Shown here: positions 41,289 to 51,280 of the stretch, one piece after another | Numbering within the stretch: the first letter of the stretch is position 1 | Layout of the letters: each line of letters opens with the position of its first letter | NCBI GenBank assembly: GCA_963847705.1 | Contig: CAWKBC010000007.1 | Location: 75,197-139,196, forward strand | DNA length: 64,000 nt | Direction: 5' to 3' | Source of the DNA: an uncultured Pseudomonadota bacterium | Lineage (GTDB): Bacteria; Myxococcota_A; Polyangia; Fen-1088 | The notes under the pieces: generated by a model | The model's input: the letters and a program-made list of their open reading frames with translations, nothing else | Told to the model about the DNA's origin: nothing | The model's database searches: none | Translations under genes and position numbers: made by a program

Positions 41289-42377
41289 CTACTTCAGCTT
41301 CAGATATTCCTCGGGGACGTCGGGGAAGCCCCACTGGCGGAGCTGGCGCGACCACGAGCCGAGCGTGTCGATGGTGACCCGCGCCGGGTCCATCGGGATG
41401 ATCTCGGGGACGTCCTTCTTGTAGAAGAGCTTGTCGACGATCTTGGTGACCGCGACGTTCCCCCAGAGGTACGACGACTGCGCCAGCAGCACCGGCGCCA
41501 GCCCCTTCTCGACGTAAGGGAGCTCCGGCGGCAGCGCGTCGACGGCCACCAGCTTGATCTTCTTGGGGTCGAGATCGGTGAGCAGCGTCTTGGTGTAAAG
41601 CGCCCACCCGCCCGCCATCGCCCACCCCTTGATGCCCGGGTAGGCGTTGTTCACCCGGATCACCTCGGCGGCGGCGTCCTGTGGCGTCTCGTTGTGATAA
41701 AACGTTCCGACGATCTGGATCCCCTTGGATTTGGCCGCCTCCGCCTTGATCCCGTCGACCCGGCGCCGCAGGTTGGGGGCGTTCTGATTGCCGGCCAGGA
41801 TGGCCACCTTCCCCTTGCCGTCGAGCAGCTTGGAGAGCTCCTCCATGACCTGCTCACCGACCCGGAAGTCGTCGATGCCGTAGTAGGCGAAGCGCTTGGA
41901 CTTCGGCGCATCGCTGTCGAAGGTCATGACCGGCACGCCGCGCGCCACCGCGTCGTCGATGGCGCCGGTCAGCTTGCCGGCGTCGGAACAGGAGACCAGG
42001 ACGGCGTTGGCCCCCTCGTTGACCGCCTGCGCGATCCGCTGCGCCTGAATCTGTCCGTCCTCGACGGGCGGGGTCAGCCAGACGATCTCGATGGGGACGC
42101 CGATCTTGGCCGAGAGATCGCGCGCCGCCGTCTCGGCGCCGCGACGGGCCGAGAGAAAGACCGGGTTGGTCGAGCTCTTGGCGATCATGGCGATGCGGAT
42201 CGGCTTCTGCGCGGGATGCGCCGGCTCGGGCGTGGCAGGGGCCGGCGGCGGCGCCTGGCTGGCCGGCTGGTGACACCCTGCGACGGCCACCGCCGCCAGC
42301 ATCGCCAGGAGACCCACCCGAATCGCGCCAACGGCACCGACCGCGCGCGCGCGACCCACGAACCGAGCGTTCCTCAT
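41289..42377 (-). CDS. Sugar ABC transporter substrate-binding lipoprotein (RbsB-like)
   Basis: Lipobox VAGC; KSSTNPVF, GVPVMTFDSD, RRVDG periplasmic binding protein motifs. Confidence 0.9.
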   Translation of the reverse strand: MRNARFVGRARAVGAVGAIRVGLLAMLAAVAVAGCHQPASQAPPPAPATPEPAHPAQKPIRIAMIAKSSTNPVFLSARRGAETAARDLSAKIGVPIEIVWLTPPVEDGQIQAQRIAQAVNEGANAVLVSCSDAGKLTGAIDDAVARGVPVMTFDSDAPKSKRFAYYGIDDFRVGEQVMEELSKLLDGKGKVAILAGNQNAPNLRRRVDGIKAEAAKSKGIQIVGTFYHNETPQDAAAEVIRVNNAYPGIKGWAMAGGWALYTKTLLTDLDPKKIKLVAVDALPPELPYVEKGLAPVLLAQSSYLWGNVAVTKIVDKLFYKKDVPEIIPMDPARVTIDTLGSWSRQLRQWGFPDVPEEYLKLK

Positions 42378-43420
42378 CTCTCCGTCCGCCCCCCTTCCGC
42401 CAGTCTGCGCGCCGCAAACCTGGCGCTCGCTTGATCGAGAACCACCGCAACGACAATGGCACATCCGATGATGATCCATTCGTAGTTCTGATCGAGGTGC
42501 AGCGTCCGGATGGACTGCCGGATGAGGACGATGAGGACGGCACCGAGCATCGCGTTGATGGCACTCCCACGACCGCCGCTCAACCGAGCGCCGCCGACGA
42601 CCGCGGAGGCGATGACGTATAACTCATATCCAGTCGCGTCTCCACAGGAGACCGAGCCGTAGAAGCTGGCCCCCAGGAAGGCCGCCAGCCCGGCGGTCCC
42701 GCCGGCCAGGACGTAGACGCCGATCTGGATTCGCCCCAGGCGCAGCCCCGAATAGCGGCTGGCCTCGGCGTTCCCTCCCAGCGCGAAGACGTGGCGGCCC
42801 ATCACCGTCCGATCGAGGTAGAGCGCCCCCAGCGCCGCGACCGCCAGCATGCCCAGCATCGGCACCGGATAGAGCGCCGTCCCCAGGCCGAGCGGCGCCT
42901 TGGCGAAGTGGGCCAGCGATTCGGGAAGCATGATGCTCTCCGCCTTGCTGGTGACGAAGGCGATGCCGCGCAGGATCCACATGCTCCCCAGCGTGATGAT
43001 GAACGGGTGGACCTTCAGGCCGACCACCATCGCGCCGTTGACCGCGCCGGCGGCCAGACCGATCGCGACACAGATGAAGAGGCCCAGCCAGACGGCGCCC
43101 GGGCCGCCCGCGCTGTTGCGGAGGGCGAGGCCCATCACCACCCCGGCCAGCGCATAGACCGACCCCACCGAGAGGTCGATCCCCGCCGAGATGATCACCA
43201 CCGTGGCGCCCACCGCCATGATGGCGATGAAGCTGGCGTCGGTGGCGGTCTGGATCAGCGTGTACGAGTTGAAGAAGTTGTTGACGGTCGCGCCGGTCGA
43301 TTCGTCGACGTGCGACCCGGCCGCGATGGCCAGCGCGGCCATCAGCGCGGCGATGATGAGGAGGAGACCCGCTTGCTGCGAGCGCAGCAGCCGGCGCAAG
43401 ACGATCATGGCGCGCGGCAT
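42374..43420 (-). CDS. Sugar ABC transporter permease (RbsC-like)
   Basis: GIDLSVGS, PFIITLG, GRHVFALGGNAEASRYSG, YELYVIASAVVGG. Confidence 0.93.
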   Translation of the reverse strand: MPRAMIVLRRLLRSQQAGLLLIIAALMAALAIAAGSHVDESTGATVNNFFNSYTLIQTATDASFIAIMAVGATVVIISAGIDLSVGSVYALAGVVMGLALRNSAGGPGAVWLGLFICVAIGLAAGAVNGAMVVGLKVHPFIITLGSMWILRGIAFVTSKAESIMLPESLAHFAKAPLGLGTALYPVPMLGMLAVAALGALYLDRTVMGRHVFALGGNAEASRYSGLRLGRIQIGVYVLAGGTAGLAAFLGASFYGSVSCGDATGYELYVIASAVVGGARLSGGRGSAINAMLGAVLIVLIRQSIRTLHLDQNYEWIIIGCAIVVAVVLDQASARFAARRLAEGGRTER

Positions 43421-43490
43421 TCTACCCGCGGCCCGTGGATTTCCCGAATTGAATCAACCCGGTGCTCACCGGATCCAAGCCGGAACAGGC

Positions 43491-46400
43491 TCACGACCCG
43501 GCGGGGGCTTCTTCAATCACGACCAGCAGGTCACCGGCCTCGACGCTCTCGCCGGCGCCGGCCACGATCTCCCGTACGGTCCCGCTGATGGGTGCCTTGA
43601 TCACCGTCTCCAGCTTCATCGCCTCGGTGACCAGCAGCTTCTGCCCGGCCTTCACCTGCTCGCCGACCTTGGTCACGAGATCGATCACCCGCCCGGGCAT
43701 CGGCGCGCCGACCTCGCCCGGCTTGTCGGTGGCGCGGCGGTTCTTGGGGCCGGTCACCTTGGCGGCGTCATCGGCGACGCGCATCTGGCGCGACTGGCCG
43801 TTGATCTCGAAGGTCAGCACGCGCGCGCCGTCGGGCTCGATCTCCCCGATCGAGAGCAGCTTGATGATGAGCGTCTTGCCCGGCTCGATGTCGATCCAGG
43901 CCTCCTCGCCGACCCGCAGGCCGTAGAAGAAGGTGGGCGTCGGCAGCACCGAGGTGTCGCCGTGCAGCGCGCGGTGCTCCATGTAGCCGCGCATCACCTT
44001 GGGGTAGAGCGCGTAGGAGACGAGATCGCGCCGGGCCACCTCGACGCCGGCCAGCGTCTCCACCTCGCGCTTGGCGCCGGCCCAGTCGTAGGGGGGCATG
44101 CTGGCGCCCGGACGCCCGTCGATCACGGCGGCGCCCTTGAGGATGTCGCTGCGCAGCGGCTCCGGGAAGCCGCCCGGCGGCTTGCCCATCGAGCCGCGCA
44201 TGAAGTCGATCACCGACTCGGGGAAGGTCAGCTCCTTGGCCCGCGCCGCGACCGCCGCGCCGTCGAGCCCCTGTTTGACCATCCAGATCGCCATGTCGCC
44301 GACGACCTTCGACGACGGCGTCACCTTGGGGATGTCGCCGAAGAGCTGGTTGACCTCGGCGTAGGCGTGCTTGACCGTCTCCCAGCCGTGGTCGCCGACC
44401 CCCAGCCCCTCGGCCTGCGCGCGCAGGTTCGAGTACTGCCCGCCCGGGATCTCGTGCTGGTAGACGTCGGCCGCCGGCGCCTTCAGCCCCGACTCGAACG
44501 GCGCGTAGTAGGCGCGGACCGGCTCCCAGTAGGCGGCCAGTTGCTCGAAGATCTCGGGCGCCATCCTGGGGTCGCGCGGCGCGCCTTGCAGCGCGAAGGC
44601 CATCGACGACAGCGACGGTTGCGAGGTCATGCCGCCCATGCTGCTGACCGCGCCGTCGATGACCGCCACACCCGCGTCGACCGCCGCCAAGTTGGAGGCG
44701 ATGCTGTTCCCCGAGGTGTCGTGCATGTGCAGGTGAATCGGCACGTCGACCGCGTCGCGCAGCGCCTTGACCAGCATGGTCGCCGCCCGCGGCCGCAAGA
44801 GGCCCGCCATGTCCTTGATGCACAGCAGGTGCGTCCCGCGCTTGACGACCTCCTGGGCCAGGTTGACGTAGTACTTGAGGTCGTACTTGGTGCGGGTCGG
44901 GTCGGCGACGTCGCCGGTGTAGCAGATGGCCGTCTCCACGATCCGCCCGGTCTTCTGCGCCGCCTCGATCGCCACCTGCATGTTGTCGACGTCGTTGAGC
45001 GCGTCGAAGATCCGGAACACGTCCATCCCCGCCGCGGCCGCCTCCTCGATGAAGGCGACCACCACGTCGTCGGGGTAGTTGGTGTAGCCGACGGCGTTGG
45101 CGCCGCGGACCAGCATCTGGAACATCACGTTGGGGACCTGCCGGCGCAGCTCGTCGAGCCGCACCCAGGGATCCTCCGACAAGAAGCGATAGGCGACGTC
45201 GAAGGTGGCGCCCCCCCACATCTCCAGCGAGAACAGATCGTGCGCCAGGTGCGCGGTCGCCGGCGCCACGCGGGAGAGATCGTAGGTCCGCACGCGCGTC
45301 GCCAGCAGCGACTGGTGCGCGTCGCGCCAGGTGGTGTCGGTGAGGCGCACCCGCGCGTCGGCGCGCAGCATCTTGATGATCCCGGCCGGCCCCTCGCGAT
45401 CGAGGAGCTGCTTGGTCCCCTCCGGGGGCGCCGTCTTGGGCGCGGGCGGCGGCGCCGCCTCCAGCGACAGCACCGAGAGCGGCGGCTTCGGCTTGCCGCG
45501 CACCGTGGGGTGGCCGTTGACGATGGTCGAGCCGACGTAGCGCAGGATCCGGGTCGCGCGATCGCGACGCGGCGCGTACTGCACCAGCTCGGGCGTCTCG
45601 TCGATGAAGGTGGTGTGCGCCTTGCCGGCGGCGAAGGCAGGGTGCAAGAGGACGTTCTCCAGAAACGCCAGGTTCGTCTTCACGCCGCGGATGCGGAACT
45701 CACGCAGGGCGCGGACCACCTTGCGGCGGGCGTAGTCCCACTCGAGGCCGCTGGCGGTGATCTTCGCCAGCAACGAATCGTAGTAGGGCGAGACGCGCGC
45801 CCCGACGTAGCCCGAGCCGTCGTCGAGGCGGATGCCGAGGCCCGCCGCCGGCCGGTAGACCTGGATCTTGCCGGTGTCGGGGAGAAAGTCGTTCCGGGGA
45901 TCCTCGGCGGTGACACGGACCTGGATGGCGACGCCGCGCTGGACGATGTCCGCCTGGTGGGCGATGCCGATCTCGGGGTCGGCCAGCCGATAGCCCTCGG
46001 CGACGCGCAGCTGCGCCTGGACCAGATCGCGGCCGGTGATGGCCTCGGTCACCGTGTGCTCGACCTGGATGCGCGGGTTGACCTCGATGAAGTAGTGCCC
46101 GCCGTCCTCGCCGACCAGGAACTCGACCGTGCCGGCGTTGGCGTAGCTCACCTGGCGCGCCACCTTGAGCGCGTCGTCCGCCAGTCGCGCCCGCAGCTCC
46201 TCGGGGAGCGACCAGGCCGGCGCATACTCCACCACCTTCTGGTGGCGCCGCTGCACCGAACAGTCGCGCTCGTAGAGGTGGACCAGGTTGCCGTAGTTGT
46301 CGCCGAGGACCTGCACCTCGATGTGCTTGGGCCGCAGGACCAGCTTCTCCAGAAAGACCGAGTCGTCGCCGAACGCCTTGCGGGCCTCGGAGCGCGCCCG

Positions 46401-47030
46401 CTCGAGCAGCTCGGGGAGCTCGCCGGCGCTGCGCACGACGCGCATCCCGCGCCCGCCGCCGCCGGCCGACGCCTTGATCATCACCGGGTAGCCGACGCTG
46501 TCGGCAAAGGCGCGCGCCGACTCCAGCGTCTTGATCGCCTCGGGCGTCCCCGGCACCGTCGGGACGCCGGCAGCGGCGGCGATCTTCCGCGCGGCCACCT
46601 TGTCGCCGAGCGCGTCGATCGCCTCCGCTGACGGCCCGACGAAGACGATCCCCGCCTCGCGGCACTTGCGCGCGAACGAGGCCCGCTCGGAGAGCAGGCC
46701 ATAGCCCGGGTGGATCGCGTCGATGTCGTGCCGCTTGGCCAGCTCGACGATCTCGTCCTCGGCCAGGTAGGCCGCCACCGGCTCGAGCCCCTTGCCGACG
46801 AGATACGCCTCGTCGGCCTTGTAGCGATGCAGATGGACGCGATCCTCTTCCGAGAAGATCGCCACCGTGCGGAAGCCGAGCTCGGTGCAGGCACGGAAGA
46901 CCCGGATGGCAATCTCCCCGCGGTTCGCGCAGAGGACGCGCTTGAACGGGCGAATCGAGCCGCGCTCGGCACGGCGGAGTCCGTCGCTGGGAGTCACGGG
47001 GACCCCGACTGGGGAAGAGACGATGGCCAT
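43491..47030 (-). CDS. pyc: Pyruvate carboxylase
   Basis: ANRGEIAIRVFRA, HPGYG, RDCSVQRRHQK, RDAHQSLLATR, EMWGGATFD, IKDMAG, HLHMHDTSG, VTPSSKVVGD, biotinyl EAMKLE. Confidence 0.98.
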   Translation of the reverse strand: MAIVSSPVGVPVTPSDGLRRAERGSIRPFKRVLCANRGEIAIRVFRACTELGFRTVAIFSEEDRVHLHRYKADEAYLVGKGLEPVAAYLAEDEIVELAKRHDIDAIHPGYGLLSERASFARKCREAGIVFVGPSAEAIDALGDKVAARKIAAAAGVPTVPGTPEAIKTLESARAFADSVGYPVMIKASAGGGGRGMRVVRSAGELPELLERARSEARKAFGDDSVFLEKLVLRPKHIEVQVLGDNYGNLVHLYERDCSVQRRHQKVVEYAPAWSLPEELRARLADDALKVARQVSYANAGTVEFLVGEDGGHYFIEVNPRIQVEHTVTEAITGRDLVQAQLRVAEGYRLADPEIGIAHQADIVQRGVAIQVRVTAEDPRNDFLPDTGKIQVYRPAAGLGIRLDDGSGYVGARVSPYYDSLLAKITASGLEWDYARRKVVRALREFRIRGVKTNLAFLENVLLHPAFAAGKAHTTFIDETPELVQYAPRRDRATRILRYVGSTIVNGHPTVRGKPKPPLSVLSLEAAPPPAPKTAPPEGTKQLLDREGPAGIIKMLRADARVRLTDTTWRDAHQSLLATRVRTYDLSRVAPATAHLAHDLFSLEMWGGATFDVAYRFLSEDPWVRLDELRRQVPNVMFQMLVRGANAVGYTNYPDDVVVAFIEEAAAAGMDVFRIFDALNDVDNMQVAIEAAQKTGRIVETAICYTGDVADPTRTKYDLKYYVNLAQEVVKRGTHLLCIKDMAGLLRPRAATMLVKALRDAVDVPIHLHMHDTSGNSIASNLAAVDAGVAVIDGAVSSMGGMTSQPSLSSMAFALQGAPRDPRMAPEIFEQLAAYWEPVRAYYAPFESGLKAPAADVYQHEIPGGQYSNLRAQAEGLGVGDHGWETVKHAYAEVNQLFGDIPKVTPSSKVVGDMAIWMVKQGLDGAAVAARAKELTFPESVIDFMRGSMGKPPGGFPEPLRSDILKGAAVIDGRPGASMPPYDWAGAKREVETLAGVEVARRDLVSYALYPKVMRGYMEHRALHGDTSVLPTPTFFYGLRVGEEAWIDIEPGKTLIIKLLSIGEIEPDGARVLTFEINGQSRQMRVADDAAKVTGPKNRRATDKPGEVGAPMPGRVIDLVTKVGEQVKAGQKLLVTEAMKLETVIKAPISGTVREIVAGAGESVEAGDLLVVIEEAPAGS

Positions 47031-47078
47031 GGTGCGCCCGGGTAGTACCACCTTAGCGCGGGCGCTGGGAAGGGCAGG

Positions 47079-47483
47079 CTAGCGCTTTATGCCCAGCAGC
47101 AGATCCATCGTCGCCTGATCGGCGGCGGGAAAACGGTAGTTCTCGAATTCGCTCGAGGCGACCCAGCGACAATCGGCGACCCGCACGGCCGTCGGTTCGG
47201 TCGCGCCGACGATCTCCGCCTGGTAGAGCGCCAGGTCGACCGAGTAGCCGTCGTAGTCGTGCGTGCGCCGGCCGATGTTGGCGCCGACGGTCACCTCGAC
47301 ACCGACCCGCTCGCGCACCTCGCGCAGCAACGCCTCGGCGTCGCTCTCGCCTTCTTCGACGCGGCCGCCGGGGAACTCCCACAAGCCGGCCAGCACGGCC
47401 GTGGGGCGGCGCTGGGTGATGAGGTAGCGCTCGTTTCGCGCGATGACGGCCGCAACGACCCGCAGGTGGGGGACTTTCGCCAT
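47079..47483 (-). CDS. NUDIX hydrolase (MutT/NudG-like)
   Basis: WEFPGGRVEEGESDAEALLREVRER nudix box; FPAAD. Confidence 0.9.
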   Translation of the reverse strand: MAKVPHLRVVAAVIARNERYLITQRRPTAVLAGLWEFPGGRVEEGESDAEALLREVRERVGVEVTVGANIGRRTHDYDGYSVDLALYQAEIVGATEPTAVRVADCRWVASSEFENYRFPAADQATMDLLLGIKR

Positions 47484-47517
47484 GGGTGGGCCACTATATT
47501 GTGGTAACACCCGCTCC

Positions 47518-47943
47518 ATGGTCAAACGCGTGACCCCGTCCGAGGCTGCCGCGCTGCTCGCGGAAGGCTGGAGCTACCTGGATGTTCGATCAATTCCCGA
47601 ATTCGAGGAAGGTCATCCGGTGGGAGCCGCCAACGTTCCGCTGCTGCACTTCACCGGCGGCCGGATGAGCCCGAACGGCGATTTCCAGAAGGTGGTCGCC
47701 GCCAACTTCGCCCCCGACACCAAGCTGGTCGTCGGCTGCAAGGTAGGCGGGCGCTCACTGCAGGCGGCGGCGCTGCTCGAAGCAGCCGGCTACACCAGCG
47801 TGGTCGACATGCGCGGCGGCTTTCATGGCGAGCGCGACGGCATGGGGCGGGTCACCACGCCGGGCTGGCTGGAGTCGAACCTCCCTGTCGAGACGACCGC
47901 GCCGTCCGACAAGACCTACGCCGCGCTCTCGCAGAAAAAGTAG
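47518..47943 (+). CDS. Rhodanese-like domain protein
   Basis: YLDVRSIPEFEEGHPVGAANVP; active-site CKVGGRS; DMRGG. Confidence 0.9.
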   Translation: MVKRVTPSEAAALLAEGWSYLDVRSIPEFEEGHPVGAANVPLLHFTGGRMSPNGDFQKVVAANFAPDTKLVVGCKVGGRSLQAAALLEAAGYTSVVDMRGGFHGERDGMGRVTTPGWLESNLPVETTAPSDKTYAALSQKK

Positions 47944-47950
47944 AGCCTCT

Positions 47951-49933
47951 TCAGTCGCCGACGGCGATGCCGTTCTTCTGGCAGACGGCGTGGACCAGCG
48001 TCCGGTTCTTGTCGTCGAGCCGCGAATAGGCCCGTTCGGCCGCCTCGGCGTCCTTCAGCGAACAGGAGCAGACGGCCAGAATCTGGTAGGCGTCGGTCCA
48101 GCCCGGCTTGGCCCGCAGCGCTCGGCGCGACAAATCCATCGCCGCGCCGCACTGCTGGCGCAGCCAGGCCTCACGCGCCTGCTTCATCAGCGCCTCGGCA
48201 TCCTCCGGCTCGGCGGCCGCCGCCGTCTCGGCGCGGGAGGGTTCGGTTCGGGCAGGCTCGCTCCGCCGCGCGGGTGACTCCGAACGCTCGGCGGCCGGCG
48301 CCGCCGCGACCGGCCGCGTCCGCGCCGCGCGCGACGTCGCTGCGACCGACTCCGGTCGTGCCCGGCAGAGGCGCGAGAGATCCCGGATCAGCTGGTTGTG
48401 CGGCTCGAGCCGGATGACCTCCATCGCCTCCTGGCGGACCTCGGCGCACCGACCCTCGGCACGATCCTTTTCGGCCGCGGTCATGTGCTCGGCCACCAGG
48501 AGCGTGCGCGCCTCTTCGTACCGCGGCTGGGCGCGCCGTTTGTACACGCTGTCGGTCGGGATCTGCTGGTAGCCGCTGAGGGCCGCCGCGTAGTTCTTGG
48601 CGTTCGCCGCCTCGTCGAACTTGGCAAACATCGAGGCACCCTGGCGCTCGACTTCGACGCGCCGGCCCAGCGCCGTGGCCTCGCGCCGGATGGCCGGATC
48701 GTCGGCGCTGGCAATTCGGGAGAGATCGCCCCGCGCCGTCTCCCAGTCCTCGGCCACCATGGCCTGCTTGGCTGCCGCCAGGATCGTGGCCGGTGTCTCG
48801 GGCGCAGGCGGCGCAGCGGGCGCAGCGGGCGGAGGAGGCGCGGCCGCCACCGGGGGCGTCGCGACCGCCGCTGGCGCCTGCGGGGGGGCCTCCGCAAAAG
48901 GGGCCTCGTTCGGGCTCGACCGATGAAGGAACAGCGCCGCCAGACCGATGAGGGCGAGCGCGCCGCCGCCCAGAGCGATCGCCTTCACCGGCAGCTGCCG
49001 GGGTTGTGGCGCGTGCGGATCGAACAGGAAGTCCTCGAGCGGCCCGACGAACCGGATCTTGACGTGGCCGAGCTCGATGACGTCCCCGGCGTTCAATTCG
49101 ATCCGCTCGTAATCTTCACCGTTGACGCGGATGCCGTTGGCGCTCTGGAGATCGACGATCGTGTAGTGCTCGCCGTCGCGAACGATCTTCGCGTGGTGGC
49201 GCGAGATCGACCGGTGGTTGAGCAGGACGTCGTTCTCTTCGGTCCGACCGATCACCAGGGCAGCCTTGTTGAGCGGGATCTCCATCCCGGCGAGATCGGT
49301 CGTCAGCACGACCAGGCGCGCGGCGGGTCCCGGCGCTGGCTGGTGCCCAGCAGCTTTTTCTCCCAGGGCGCGCAGCGGGATGGTCGGCTGCCCCTCCACC
49401 AGCTCGGCCACCGCCCCGTCGATCTCCGGGACCGCGGTCATCGGTTTGGGGGGGGAGGTCTTCGTCCGCGAACGCGGCTGGGCCGCTGCCGGGTCGAGGG
49501 CCAGCTGCGGAGCGGGCGGCTGCGCGGCCATCGCGGCGACCGACGCCCGGGTGGGGATCGCCACCGGCCCCCCCACGGTCGCCAGCGGCGCCGTCGTGAC
49601 CGCCGGAAGGCTGCGGGTCGTGGGCCGGTCGGTGACCGGAGGATGGTCCCCCCGCAGGACGAGCTTGTAGTCGCCGATCTGGACCTCGTCCCCTTCCCGC
49701 AGCGGCGTGGGCGAGGCGATCTTCGTCCCGTTGACGCGGACGCCCGTGAAGCTGGCCAGATCCTCGATGAAGAGCGCGCCGTTCTGGCGCGTGAGCCGCG
49801 CGTGCTTCCGCGACACGTTGCGCTCCGTCAGCCGGATGGTGTTGCCCTCCAGCCGACCCACGGTCATCTCGTCCCGCGCAAGCGGAACGACCGTGGTCTT
49901 ACCCTCATCGTCCTCGATGCTCAGCTTGAACAC
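47951..49933 (-). CDS. Double-FHA membrane protein with periplasmic TPR-like, Cys-containing C-terminus
   Basis: FHA1 VGR..NVSRKHA..DLASFTG; FHA2 IGR..SISRHHA..DLQSANG; one TM; helical C-terminus with paired Cys. Confidence 0.85.
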   Translation of the reverse strand: MFKLSIEDDEGKTTVVPLARDEMTVGRLEGNTIRLTERNVSRKHARLTRQNGALFIEDLASFTGVRVNGTKIASPTPLREGDEVQIGDYKLVLRGDHPPVTDRPTTRSLPAVTTAPLATVGGPVAIPTRASVAAMAAQPPAPQLALDPAAAQPRSRTKTSPPKPMTAVPEIDGAVAELVEGQPTIPLRALGEKAAGHQPAPGPAARLVVLTTDLAGMEIPLNKAALVIGRTEENDVLLNHRSISRHHAKIVRDGEHYTIVDLQSANGIRVNGEDYERIELNAGDVIELGHVKIRFVGPLEDFLFDPHAPQPRQLPVKAIALGGGALALIGLAALFLHRSSPNEAPFAEAPPQAPAAVATPPVAAAPPPPAAPAAPPAPETPATILAAAKQAMVAEDWETARGDLSRIASADDPAIRREATALGRRVEVERQGASMFAKFDEAANAKNYAAALSGYQQIPTDSVYKRRAQPRYEEARTLLVAEHMTAAEKDRAEGRCAEVRQEAMEVIRLEPHNQLIRDLSRLCRARPESVAATSRAARTRPVAAAPAAERSESPARRSEPARTEPSRAETAAAAEPEDAEALMKQAREAWLRQQCGAAMDLSRRALRAKPGWTDAYQILAVCSCSLKDAEAAERAYSRLDDKNRTLVHAVCQKNGIAVGD

Positions 49934-50023
49934 GGCGAGACTCTCGAAATCACCGGGCCTTTTGACTGTATCCGCCGTGCTCGGCCGGAGTCAATGGCGC
50001 GCTGGCGGTCGCCTGCCTGTCTT

Positions 50024-50251
50024 TTACCTGACGGTGGCGATTGCCGCGGCGATGACGATGCCCATTCCGATGACGAAAGCACCGGCCACGATGGCGACCG
50101 CCAGATTCTTGTTCTCGTGGATTTCCCGCCGCAGGTTGTACGGCGTGATCATCTCCCACAGGTAGTAGCCGATAATCAGCAGCACGATCCCCGACAGGCC
50201 GAACAGCGCGAAGTCGAGCAGCAGGCGTCCGAGCGGCGCTTGCGCGGGCAC
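50024..50251 (-). CDS. DUF350-family small membrane protein
   Basis: Two TM segments; ITPYNLRREI..NKNLAVAIV family pattern. Confidence 0.8.
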   Translation of the reverse strand: MPAQAPLGRLLLDFALFGLSGIVLLIIGYYLWEMITPYNLRREIHENKNLAVAIVAGAFVIGMGIVIAAAIATVR

Positions 50252-50253
50252 GC

Positions 50254-51210
50254 TCAGAGGCTCCGCAGATCGGGGTAGGTGGTCATGACGTCGGTTTCCG
50301 TCATCGAATCATTGGGATCGGCCGGTGTCCAGACCACTTCGATCCCCAGGATGGCGTCGGGCGAGACCCCCCCCAGCTCGGTGAGCAGCGCGCTGAGGTC
50401 TTCGGGCGAGCCGAATTTGTCGAGCGGCGTACGGGTCGCGACCACCAGGGTGACCACCACCAGCTCGAGCGCCTCTTTTCCTTCCTCGGCCGGCGCCGCC
50501 GAGCGCGACACCCGCCCGCCGGCCGCGCGGACCCGTTCGACCTGAAAGCGTCCCCGCTCGGCCAGGGCCATGGCGTTCATCGCCGTTTCGGCGTTGGTCA
50601 GGCTCATGGGACCGCGGGCGTCGGTGCCGAGGTAGCGGACCGAGTCCTTCTCCCGCAGGAGCTCGAGGGCGGTCTGCTGGAGCAGCGCCGCCAGCCCGGC
50701 CTCGGACTCGGTGTCCCCCTGGCCCGCGAAGTCGGCCAGCCGGTCCTGGATCCCGCGCGCCGAGCGCCCGAGCGCCAGCTGCAGGCGGTAAAGGTAGGCC
50801 CGCCCCGGCATCGCCACGACCTCGCCCTCCCCGTATCCGTCGCCGTAATAACCACGGTTTGCGCTGGCGGCCCGGCCGGCGCGCACCGCCCGGATCACCA
50901 GCCCCACCACGGCCACCGCCGCGAGCACGCCAAACAGCCCGAAGCCACCTCCGTAGCCCAGCCCATAGCCGCCGAAGCTGGGGAAAAACAGAAAGTGGGA
51001 GCCGCCGCCATAGCCGTACCCGCCTGAATAGGGGCTGCTGTAGCCGCCGCCCGAGTACCCAGGAGAGGGGCTGCTGTAGCCGCCGCCGGACCGAAAGCCC
51101 TGCCGGCTCCCGAAGCTCCCGCCCGAGCGTGGCCCCGCGAACGCGACCGCCGAGAGGAAGGTCGAGATCGCGACCAGCAGGACGGCCAGCCAGCGGGGGG
51201 CGCGGCTCAT
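50254..51210 (-). CDS. DUF1517-family membrane protein
   Basis: Signal peptide, RSGGSFG, Gly/Tyr-rich region, TM, LQLAL..ARGIQ..L, LLQQTALELLR, IEVVWTP, YPDL. Confidence 0.8.
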   Translation of the reverse strand: MSRAPRWLAVLLVAISTFLSAVAFAGPRSGGSFGSRQGFRSGGGYSSPSPGYSGGGYSSPYSGGYGYGGGSHFLFFPSFGGYGLGYGGGFGLFGVLAAVAVVGLVIRAVRAGRAASANRGYYGDGYGEGEVVAMPGRAYLYRLQLALGRSARGIQDRLADFAGQGDTESEAGLAALLQQTALELLREKDSVRYLGTDARGPMSLTNAETAMNAMALAERGRFQVERVRAAGGRVSRSAAPAEEGKEALELVVVTLVVATRTPLDKFGSPEDLSALLTELGGVSPDAILGIEVVWTPADPNDSMTETDVMTTYPDLRSL

Positions 51211-51280
51211 GATTTCGTCACCTACATCGAGTCTATGACGCCGATCCCCCTGCCGCAATCAGACCTCGGCCGTGGCCCAA

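Noticed and set aside
43191-46631. Very long antisense ORFs (also 27486-30452, 30552-32657, 34066-36918 and others)
   Set aside because: Shadow frames of well-identified genes, expected in high-GC DNA; Arg/Gly-rich with no motifs.
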